This document shows positions 37,005-45,300 of a stretch of 55,354 nucleotides of DNA, piece by piece. Positions within the stretch are counted from its first letter, which is position 1. Every line of letters begins with the position of its first letter. The DNA is taken from positions 1 to 55,354 of the forward strand of contig JAWXBZ010000045.1 in NCBI GenBank assembly GCA_034440375.1, written 5' to 3'. The DNA is from Candidatus Eiseniibacteriota bacterium. Lineage in GTDB: Bacteria; Eisenbacteria; RBG-16-71-46; JABDJR01; JAWXBZ01. The notes beneath the pieces were generated by a model that had not been told where the DNA came from, searched no databases, and saw nothing but the letters and a program-made list of their open reading frames with translations. The translations under genes and the position numbers were made by a program.

Positions 37005-38078
37005 ATGATGCGTGCGCTGGCACCGGAACTTTCCGATCGCATCTTCCAGAGCCTGCCGTTCGGGGTACTGCTCCTTGATCGTCGCGGGCGGATTGCCGCA
37101 TGCAATCGCCGGGCACTCGATCTTTTCGCCCTGGTGGACGACGACATCGTCGGCCGGGACGTAAACCAGGTTCTCCGGACCGACGACCCTCACTGGTTCA
37201 GTCTCGACCCGATCGACCGACTGGGCGATCCCGACGCCGGCCGGCTGGTGGAAGGGCGAATCGGGGGGCGAAAGGTCACCTTTTCAGTCAATCTGGCTCC
37301 GTGCACCGACGAGGCGGGCGCCACCCAGGGCACGCTCGTCCTGCTCGACGATTCGTCCCGGCGGGGGACGGACGACGACCGGATGGAGCGCCTCATTTCA
37401 CTGGGGGAACTATCGGCCTACGTGGCTCACGAGATTCGAAACCCGCTGACCGGGGTCCGCACGACGATTCAGTTCATTGGCCAGAAACTGGGCAAGGACG
37501 ACCCGAAGCAGGAGGACATTGAGGCGATCATCGCGGAACTTGACCGGGTCGAAAAGATCATCGAGGACTTGCTTCAGTTCTCCCGGCCCCAGGTGGGGAC
37601 AAAGGCCATGACCAGCCTCAATACACTGGTCGATCGAACCCTCGAGGCGCTGGGCCCCCAGTTCGAGGCAGCCAGGGTCGAGGTCAACCGCAATCTCCGA
37701 GCCCGCCTGCCCGAGAGCCTGATGGACCCGGACATGATCCAGCGCGTCCTGTTCAACCTGATCACCAATGCCGTCGAAGCGATGCCCGACGGTGGTTCCC
37801 TCAAGGTCACGACCACGGTGCGCCGCTACCGGGCGGGGGAGGCCAATCTCGAGGTCTTCATCAGCGACACCGGTCGTGGCATCGACCCCGAGATTGTCGA
37901 ACGAATATTCCAGCCCTTCTTTACCACGCGGCCGGCCGGGACGGGGCTGGGCCTGCCGATCTCACTTCAAATCGTGCGCGCGCACGGAGGGCGAATCACG
38001 GCCCGCAATCGGGCGAAGGGGGGCGCCATCTTCCGACTTTCCCTCCCGCGCGCCACGGCCACCACCGAGGAGGCCTGA
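37005..38078 (+). CDS. Cytoplasmic PAS-domain sensor histidine kinase (NtrB-like)
   Basis: PAS region (LPFGVLLLD..GRI..CN), H-box VAHEIRNPL, NLITNAVEAM, DTGRGI, FQPFFTT and GTGLGL. No TM segment. Confidence 0.93.
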   Translation: MMRALAPELSDRIFQSLPFGVLLLDRRGRIAACNRRALDLFALVDDDIVGRDVNQVLRTDDPHWFSLDPIDRLGDPDAGRLVEGRIGGRKVTFSVNLAPCTDEAGATQGTLVLLDDSSRRGTDDDRMERLISLGELSAYVAHEIRNPLTGVRTTIQFIGQKLGKDDPKQEDIEAIIAELDRVEKIIEDLLQFSRPQVGTKAMTSLNTLVDRTLEALGPQFEAARVEVNRNLRARLPESLMDPDMIQRVLFNLITNAVEAMPDGGSLKVTTTVRRYRAGEANLEVFISDTGRGIDPEIVERIFQPFFTTRPAGTGLGLPISLQIVRAHGGRITARNRAKGGAIFRLSLPRATATTEEA

Positions 38079-38079
38079 T

Positions 38080-39483
38080 CTGAAATCGACCGTCCTGGTC
38101 ATCGACGACGAGCCCTCGATCGTCCGGTCGCTTGATCGAATCCTGACCGACCGGGGCTACAAGGTCGAGTCGGCCGGCTCGGCCGCCCGGGGAATGGAAC
38201 TCCTGGCCAGTGTCCGTCCCCAGGTGGTCCTGCTCGATCTGAATCTTCCGGATGGCCACGGCATGCCGTTGATCAAGGAAATTCTGGTTTTCGACCCGGC
38301 CATTCGGGTGATCGTGATCACGGCCTTCGGCGACTTGAAGCTCGGCATCGAGGCCATGAAAGCCGGCGCGAACGACTTCCTGAAGAAGCCGTACGAAATG
38401 GACGAACTGATACTGGCGGTGGACAATGCGGCGCGCGCCTTCGAGAGCCAGGTCCGTCTCGACATCTACAGCCGGCGGGAGGCCGAGATATTTCACGGTC
38501 AGCACCTGATCGGCGAGAGTCCGCCCATGGTGCGGCTCCTGGACATTGTCGAGCGGGTGGCCGGCAGCAACGCCACAACGGTTCTGATCCTGGGAGAGAG
38601 CGGAACCGGCAAGGAACTCGTGGCGCGGGCCATTCACTATGGAAGTGAGCGAAAGAACGCGCCGCTCATGGAGGTGAACTGCAGCGCGTTTCAGGAAACC
38701 CTTCTCGAGAATGAGCTATTCGGCCACGAGCGTGGGGCCTACACCGACGCCCGTGAACTCAAGAAGGGGCTGGTGGAACTCTGCGATGGTGGCACTCTTT
38801 TCCTGGACGAAGTGGCCGACATGCCGCTCGCCACCCAGGCCAAGTTGCTCCGATTCCTTGAAAACCAGACGTTCAAGCGAGTCGGCGGCGGCGTCGATCT
38901 CCGGGTGGATCTTCGGATCGTAACCGCCACGAACAAGGACCTTGCGACGGAGATCGCCGCGGGCAACTTCCGGGAGGACCTGTTCTATCGACTGAAGGTT
39001 GTTTCGCTCGAACTCCCGCGCCTCACCGACCGTGGCGACGATGTGCTGCTCATCGCCCGCTGGTATCTCCGGCAGTTCAATCAGAAGTTCAAGAAGTCAT
39101 TCCGCGAAATTGCTCCGGAAGCCGGCCGCCTCATCGGAGCCTACCGCTGGCCGGGAAACGTACGCGAATTGAAAAATGTATTGGAGCGTCTCGTACTCCT
39201 CGAGAACGATACGGTCCTCCGGGTCGAGCACCTTCCGGCCGAGATCCGGGAGGCGGGAAGGAATCCGGCATTTCGGAGAATGGCTCCAGCCGAGCTGCTC
39301 GGTGTCGATGATGTACCGACGCTTGCCCGGATAGAGGATGACCACATCCGGCGAGTCCTGCTTTTGACCGGTGGAAACAAGTCTCATGCGGCCCGCTTGC
39401 TCGGGATTTCGCGGCAGGGGTTGTTCGAGCGTCTCAAGCGAGTGGTCGAACCCGTTGCGGCGACCGAACAGGGCGTCAAATAA
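38080..39483 (+). CDS. sigma54-dependent NtrC-family response regulator (REC-AAA+-Fis HTH)
   Basis: VLVIDDE, LLDLNLPD, GESGTGKE, NELFGHERGAYTDA, LFLDEV, FREDLFYRL, WPGNVREL and GNKSHAARLLG. Probable CTG start at 38080 after GAGGAGG. Confidence 0.93.
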   Translation: MKSTVLVIDDEPSIVRSLDRILTDRGYKVESAGSAARGMELLASVRPQVVLLDLNLPDGHGMPLIKEILVFDPAIRVIVITAFGDLKLGIEAMKAGANDFLKKPYEMDELILAVDNAARAFESQVRLDIYSRREAEIFHGQHLIGESPPMVRLLDIVERVAGSNATTVLILGESGTGKELVARAIHYGSERKNAPLMEVNCSAFQETLLENELFGHERGAYTDARELKKGLVELCDGGTLFLDEVADMPLATQAKLLRFLENQTFKRVGGGVDLRVDLRIVTATNKDLATEIAAGNFREDLFYRLKVVSLELPRLTDRGDDVLLIARWYLRQFNQKFKKSFREIAPEAGRLIGAYRWPGNVRELKNVLERLVLLENDTVLRVEHLPAEIREAGRNPAFRRMAPAELLGVDDVPTLARIEDDHIRRVLLLTGGNKSHAARLLGISRQGLFERLKRVVEPVAATEQGVK

Positions 39484-39507
39484 ATAGACATGTCCATAAA
39501 ATTGGCA
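39474..39507. promoter_or_regulatory. Putative tandem bEBP upstream activator sequences
   Basis: CGTC-AAATAAATA-GACA directly followed by TGTC-CATAAAATT-GGCA (YGTC-N9-GRCA twice), about 200-225 bp upstream of the -24 element. Confidence 0.55.
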
Positions 39508-39686
39508 ACATTGTAACTTATTGAATTGCAAAGCATTACGGTGGTGCGGCCAATAATCGTCCTATTTGATTACGCCCCATTCGGTTAGGAAGATCCGGCA
39601 CCCTTTTCACCTGTTCACACCTATTCCGATGGCTAAATTGTTTTATTTCAACAACTTATGGATCAGGCCGTCTGGCATGAAACTGG

Positions 39687-39699
39687 TAACTTATTGATT
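39687..39699 (-). promoter_or_regulatory. IHF-binding site
   Basis: Reverse complement AATCAATAAGTTA is an exact WATCAANNNNTTR match. One-mismatch copies lie at 39514-39526 and 39646-39658. Confidence 0.6.
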
Positions 39700-39714
39700 G
39701 GCATCAGGTTTGCA
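39698..39714 (+). promoter_or_regulatory. sigma54 -24/-12 promoter
   Basis: TTGGCATCAGGTTTGCA: GG(39700-01)-N10-GC(39712-13), matching TGGCA-N6-TTGCA, about 30 bp upstream of ATG 39744. Confidence 0.82.
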
Positions 39715-39743
39715 GTGTGACCTTGCATGATGTTCGGGAGGCA

Positions 39744-40130
39744 ATGGTGTCGAAAATGGTCCTGATCGTGGAGGACGAAAAGCTGCTGGCTCGCACGCTC
39801 AGCCGGGCGATGAAGGATGCGGGGTATCGCACCGTCACGGTCGGCAGTGCCGAGTTGGCAGAAAAGCAGCTGGGTACGTCCCAGTTCGACCTCATGGTCA
39901 TCGACAACCGCCTGCCCCAGGAAACGGGGCTGGAGCTCCTGTCAAAGGTCCGCGATGCCAATCAGGACCTGAAGGTGATCTTGATGACCGCCTTCGACAG
40001 CCGCGACGTCAAGTCTGAAGCCAGGAAATTGAAAGTGGACCGGTACCTGAAGAAACCGTTCGATCTGGAACGGATGCTGGCCCACGTTTCCGAGTTGATC
40101 GGCGGCCCGGAAGATGGCCCGACCGATTAG
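39744..40130 (+). CDS. Single-domain response regulator (receiver only)
   Basis: VLIVEDE, DLMVIDNRLP..TGLELL, ILMTA and YLKKPFD motifs; GGGAGG RBS. Confidence 0.92.
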   Translation: MVSKMVLIVEDEKLLARTLSRAMKDAGYRTVTVGSAELAEKQLGTSQFDLMVIDNRLPQETGLELLSKVRDANQDLKVILMTAFDSRDVKSEARKLKVDRYLKKPFDLERMLAHVSELIGGPEDGPTD

Positions 40131-40159
40131 ATCCCAATACAGGAAGGAGGTGGTTCGGA

Positions 40160-40246
40160 ATGGCGGCGAAGAAGAAGGCGGCTAAGAAGACGGCCAAGAA
40201 GGCGACGAAGAAGAAGTCTGCGAAGAAGGCGTCGAAGAAGAAGTAG
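40160..40246 (+). CDS. 28-aa Lys/Ala-rich histone-H1-like peptide MAAKKKAAKKTAKKATKKKSAKKASKKK
   Basis: Below the ORF-track cutoff. Strong SD AAGGAGGTG 7 nt before ATG; all 15 Lys codons are AAG; a terminator follows. Confidence 0.82.
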   Translation: MAAKKKAAKKTAKKATKKKSAKKASKKK

Positions 40247-40296
40247 TTCAACTTCCGCCCGAACGCCCCGCCCGCATGACGGGCGGGCACCGAGAG

Positions 40297-40337
40297 GGGT
40301 CGGTCCTGGCCGGAGTCAGGGCCGGCCCACTTTTTTT
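40297..40337 (+). terminator. Intrinsic terminator of the receiver/basic-peptide transcript
   Basis: GGGTCGGTCCTGGC-CGGA-GTCAGGGCCGGCCC (with G-U pairs), then AC and T7. Confidence 0.8.
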
Positions 40338-40378
40338 GACGGGGTGGGGATTGGGATGATGGGGTGAATTCCAGGGCA

Positions 40379-40416
40379 AGAAAAACGGCGAATCCGAGAG
40401 GATTCGCCGTTTTTCT
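40379..40416. terminator. Intrinsic, bidirectional-type terminator
   Basis: AGAAAAACGGCGAATCC-GAGA-GGATTCGCCGTTTTTCT perfect 17-bp inverted repeat with A/T tracts, downstream of the minus-strand gene ending at 40454. Confidence 0.85.
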
Positions 40417-40453
40417 GTTTGCTCGAAACAGTGCTGCCCGGGTGCTGTTGAAC

Positions 40454-41044
40454 CTAGTTACAGGTCGCCGCTGTTGCCACAGGGGCGGTCAGCAGCGTGG
40501 CATCGGAAAGGCCAACGGTTCCATCGGAGTTCAGGTCGAAGCAATATCCGTAAGTCGCGGTGGAGAGCGGAAAGGTGAACTGGACGGCATCGTTCAGCGC
40601 CACCTCGCAAGGGGGCCCGAGGGCAGTGCCCGTGAGGTCGGGCGACACCTGCCCCACTTCCTTGATCTTGATGCTGTTGATGAACACCTCAACCGCCACG
40701 CCGCCTGGAATCGTGGCCGGGTTCAGGCAACGCCCAAGTCGGAGATTGAAGACGGCCACACCACTGGCATTCGTGGTGGACGAGACGCTGGGGTGCGTCT
40801 GGGTTGAACACCAGCAAGTTGCCGTATCACCCGCTACTGTCCATACAAGCGTGACGTTAGCGCTGTCGATCGGGCCGCTGGTGCCGACGATCGTGACCCG
40901 GTAGGCCAGGCCGCCGTTCGGTGACCCGAGAACATTGGGGATGGTGCTGAGTGCGGGATCCGGAACGCCGGCAAGTGCGGACACGGGTGCCACGACAAGG
41001 CCCAAAGCAAGAACGAGGAAAGGAACTCCATAACGCCGACCCAT
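40454..41044 (-). CDS. Secreted Cys-containing protein with Ig-like beta region and dockerin-like Ca-binding repeats
   Basis: AGGAGGT RBS; signal peptide ..SALA|GVPDPALS; STTNASGVAVF; SPDLTG...VALND and CFDLNSDGTVGLSD; 6 Cys. Confidence 0.75.
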   Translation of the reverse strand: MGRRYGVPFLVLALGLVVAPVSALAGVPDPALSTIPNVLGSPNGGLAYRVTIVGTSGPIDSANVTLVWTVAGDTATCWCSTQTHPSVSSTTNASGVAVFNLRLGRCLNPATIPGGVAVEVFINSIKIKEVGQVSPDLTGTALGPPCEVALNDAVQFTFPLSTATYGYCFDLNSDGTVGLSDATLLTAPVATAATCN

Positions 41045-41122
41045 CGATGCACCTCCTGAATGTCCCGGGCTGGTTAAATCGTTGCTGCACGGCCTGTTTT
41101 TAGATGGATCGCAGGCACTGGG

Positions 41123-41151
41123 AGTGTATCGGACGTGCGGCCCACCTTCAA
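41123..41151 (-). promoter_or_regulatory. Putative sigma70 promoter for the 41044 gene
   Basis: TTGAAG-17 bp-TACACT on the minus strand. Confidence 0.5.
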
Positions 41152-41167
41152 CATTCATTTTTGTGGG

Positions 41168-42070
41168 TCAATCCACGCCGGGTTGCCGCCCGGTTGCGGG
41201 CGGGATGGGCGATTTGAGGTTCTGGCGTCCCTTGTTCTGGCTCAAAAGCCCCATGTCTCCCAGGTCGAAGTCGAGTTGTCGGTCTTCCTTCCCGGACTCG
41301 CACACCACAACATATCGCCGGTACAGGCTGCCGTCAGCCCTGAGCCCGTTCCGCATTTCCTGGACCCGGTAGGAGCTTTTGTGATCGGAGCAGCGGAGAC
41401 GCTGGACCACCGATTCGTGCCAGCTGTCAGTTGCCTCGCGCTTGGCAGAACTTCTCCGGTAAATCGTCGTCAATGATCCGACCAGTCTGACGGCCGCCTC
41501 GGATGCCTCCTCGCGAAGTGCCGGCGGGGTATCCGACGGGAGCGCGGTTGCCCCGGGCACCACCTTCCCGATGATGAACGCGATGACGAACGGGGAACTG
41601 GTCTCCGTGACCGGGGGCAGCGTTCCAACCCCTTCCCGGAGAAGCGCCGCCCCCTCCACGGATGGCATGTCCCGGTCCAATTGTTCAAATCGGGCGACCA
41701 GTGAATCAACCACGGCCAGGTACTCGTCGTCGAAGCGATCGGCCATGACGATTCCGGTGAAGTTGTCCAGAGGGTAGTCCATCGCAATCACACGATGGGC
41801 CACGCGCCGCTGGTCATGCATCGTGCGAATGGCGCTCAGTGCCGTCCCCGCATCCTTGACGGTTGGAAGGAGCCTGTCCCGGGTGGTTTGAAGGTTGTTT
41901 ATGCCGAACTGGAGCATCTCCTGACTGGTGCGGGCCTCCTGGGCCCGGCCGCTCGCCGACAGCAGCACTGACAGGATGGAAGTGACCAGGAGCATGGCCG
42001 CCAGGCGGCCAAAGAGGCGGGGAACGTCCCGGTTCAGCGGCCGGATGGTGATGCTGGGGCTCAGTTTCAA
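41168..42070 (-). CDS. Hypothetical exported protein
   Basis: 3' part of track ORF 41168..42853. TTG start after a purine-rich stretch; signal-like LAAMLLVTSILSVLLSASGRA|QE. The start is uncertain. Confidence 0.6.
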   Translation of the reverse strand: MKLSPSITIRPLNRDVPRLFGRLAAMLLVTSILSVLLSASGRAQEARTSQEMLQFGINNLQTTRDRLLPTVKDAGTALSAIRTMHDQRRVAHRVIAMDYPLDNFTGIVMADRFDDEYLAVVDSLVARFEQLDRDMPSVEGAALLREGVGTLPPVTETSSPFVIAFIIGKVVPGATALPSDTPPALREEASEAAVRLVGSLTTIYRRSSAKREATDSWHESVVQRLRCSDHKSSYRVQEMRNGLRADGSLYRRYVVVCESGKEDRQLDFDLGDMGLLSQNKGRQNLKSPIPPATGRQPGVD

Positions 42071-42394
42071 CTTCTCTTCCTCGCTGGCTGACTGGAAACC
42101 AAAGGCCTGAATCCGAACGGCCGACCGCCATTTCCTTGACTGACACCGGCTCTCGAGCGTACAATCTTGCCTTGTTCGTGCCGCATTGTCGACTCGAGCA
42201 CCGAGTGGCCGCCACCACATCCTGGAATGACAACGCCCCCGATGACCACAAACGAGTTGACCCTTTGGCACGACACACCTTGATGGTCGACGATCAACCC
42301 CGTCCCTGGGATGTCTGGTTCCCGGGGTGCGGGGCTTTTCTTTGAAAGCGCTTTTTTGATTTGCCGCTCCGTGACATGCCCTGAGGAGGCCAGC

Positions 42395-45300
42395 ATGCTC
42401 CAGAGCCGGAGGCGTCCCCGACAGTTTCCGTTCGGGATTCTGAGGCCAGTTGCCCGAACCCTGTTTTTTTCGGCCCTTATGGCAGCCATTTCGATTGGCG
42501 TGGCCGGCGCAGGTGTCCACCAGGTTGAGGTTCGTTTTGATCCGGCCGCCATCACGCGCGGCGTACGAATGGGAGTTGACGGGGCCGCCTGGCTGCTTCC
42601 CGGGTGCAGCGTCTGGAATGAGGCCGGTGCGCCGGCCGTTCCGTTTCGTCCGGTTCTCCTCGCCGTTCCGGCGGGAGAAAGGGTCGTGTCGGTGACCACC
42701 CGTGCCTCCGGAGCCTCCGTTGAGCTGGACCTGGGCGAGCCGGGTATTGGAAGCACCGACGGAAGGCGTGCCCCAACCGCCTGGGACGGGGCAACCCCGT
42801 ATCCGGCCCGGCTCCACCGATCGAGTGATGCGGGCTGGATGCGCGGACAGCAAATCCAGCCCCTGACCATCTGGCCGCTGGATTGGGATCCGGGCCGCGG
42901 CCTGGCCACCCTCACCACGTCCATCTTGATCGAGATGGTGACCGAGGCGGCCCCACCACCCGCGGATACCTTTCTGCCGCTCCGACCTTCAGCACGGGTC
43001 GACGGTCATTTCGGGGCGCTGTTGTCGTCGTGTGTCCTTAATCCCGAACTGCTCGCGGACGAATCCCGGCGGCGTGATGTCATTCGCCCCCTCGATTCCG
43101 CCGCGACACCCTTCAGCCCGCGGTTCCGCCCCTCCGTGGACGGCAGCCCGGTCGAAATGGTGATCATCACCTCGGAGGCGCTGGAGCCTTACTTCACGCC
43201 TTTGGCCGTGTGGAAGACCGAACGGGGGATCCCCACGGTGGTACGCAGCACCGAATGGATCCGGGCCAACTACCCCAACGCTGTCGATCTGGCATCGACG
43301 ATCCGCCGGTTCATCGCTGACGCCGCTTCCCGCTGGGGGACCGAGTACGTCCTCCTGGCCGGCGGATCCGAGATCATTCCGGTGCGCTACGGCAAGAGCC
43401 TTTACTTCGGTGGCGAGGACATTCCGGCGGACATGTATTACCAGTGCCTGGACGGCACCTGGAATTCCGACGGGGACGCCTTCTTCGGTGAGGGCTACAA
43501 CAGTTCGTTGATCACCGGCGACGGTTGCGACCTTTTCCCCGAAGTGTGGCTGGGGCGCGCGGCCGTTTCGGATTCAACAACCGCGCAGACCTTCGTCAGC
43601 AAGAATCTGACCTACGAACGGGACCCGGCCCCGGGTTACCTGACCCGCGCCATGATGATGGCCGAGGTTCTCTTCCCCCAGCACTATTCGACCGGTGATT
43701 CCATCGTCTACGACGGCGCTTATGTTGCGGAGCAGGCGCTCTCCCGATTTCCCCCCTCGTTCACACTGTCGCGTTACTACGAGAATTTCCCACCGTATGC
43801 CCCTCTCGGCGCGTTGCCCGAGACCAAAACGGCTGTCGTTGACGCAGTCAATTCGGGTTACGGCATCATCCAGCATGTCGGTCACGGCTACATCAATACG
43901 ATGGCCGTCGGCATCGACGGACTGACGCTCGGCAATCCCGATGTGGCCGCGTTTTCGAACGGACCCCGGTATTCGCTTCTGTACTCCATCAACTGCACTT
44001 CGGCGGCGTTCGACTTCAACTGCATCGGCGAGGAGTGGTTGGAGAACGCGACGGGCGGTGCCGTGGCCAATGTCGGATCAACCCGGTTCGATTTTCCGGG
44101 CACCGGCACCGAGTACCAGAACGAGTTCTACCGCGTGCTGTTCGGGGCGCCGGTGCCGAGCCTTGGTGAAGCCTTCGCCGGCTCGAAAATCCCGTTCATC
44201 GCGGAATCGACCTCCGATTCGGAGCACCGCTGGACACAGTTTGCCCAGGTACTCCTCGGAGACCCGTCGCTTCGCATCTGGCGGTACGAGCCGGTGGCGG
44301 CGGCGGTATCGCACCCGTCGTCCATCGAACTCGGTGCCGGCGTCGTCGTCGTCACGGTGATGCGGGGTGGATCACCGGTCGATTCGGCGGTGGTTTGCCT
44401 GTTCAAGAATTCGGACGACTACGTGGTTGCCCTCACCGACGGCGCCGGGCAGGCAACACTTGATTTCCATCCGGATCGGCCGGGCCAGTCCCGGCTGACC
44501 GTGACGCATCCGACACTTCGCCCGTGGCAATCCGATATCGCCGTCCTTGCGCCGGCATTGCCACACCTCTTCGCCTCACTGGCGGTCGTCGACGACGCGA
44601 CGGCCCCGGCAGACGGAAACGGTGACACGATTTTTGACCTCGAGGAAACGGTCCGTTTCGAACTGGTACTGACCAACCAGGGGACCGCCCCGGCCACTCT
44701 GGTGACCGCCACCCTTGTCTCGGCCGATCCAAATCTTCAGATCATCGACGGCACCGCCAGCTGGCCCAGCCTCGGCGTCGGGGCCTCGGCCCCGCCGATC
44801 GATCCGTTCGTCATCCGGGCGGTGGGCACCGCGACCGATCGCTATGAGACCACCGCCACATTGATCATTGCGGCGGCCGGTTATTCTCGTTCCGAGCCGG
44901 TAATCATCCTGGTCGGCGCCCCCCTTCTCGAACGATATCGACTTCTGCGGAGCGACGTTGGCTTGGGAAATGGAAACGGGCTGATTGAGGTCGGCGAAAA
45001 CCAGACCCTGACCCTGACGCTGCGCAACAACGGGCGGGGCGCGGTCCGAAATGTCACTGCCAGGCTCCGCCCGCTCGGTCCCGAAACCACGATCAGTGAC
45101 TCGATGGCCAGCTTCGGCACCATCGGTGCCGACCAGGTGGCCATTGGCGACCCGTTCGTTTTTCAATGGAGCACTATCAACCCCTCGCGCAAGATGCGAT
45201 TGGTGGTCGAGAGTCTCGGCAAGACATTGATGAGCTTTGACGTCGACGTGTACCCCCCGGGCACGCCGGTGCTGCCGGCCGCCGGCGGGAAGGCCTCATC

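Noticed and set aside
40009-40290. Phe-rich, membrane-looking minus-strand ORF (FFFDAFFADFFF)
   Set aside because: It is the reverse complement of the AAG-rich basic peptide gene. The SD and terminator support the plus strand.
42263-42285. TTGGCACG resembling a sigma54 -24 element upstream of the first C25 gene
   Set aside because: No GC at the -12 position (GG-N10-CT).
42071-42853. N-terminal extension of ORF 41168..42853
   Set aside because: It overlaps the divergent C25 gene and its composition does not look like protein.
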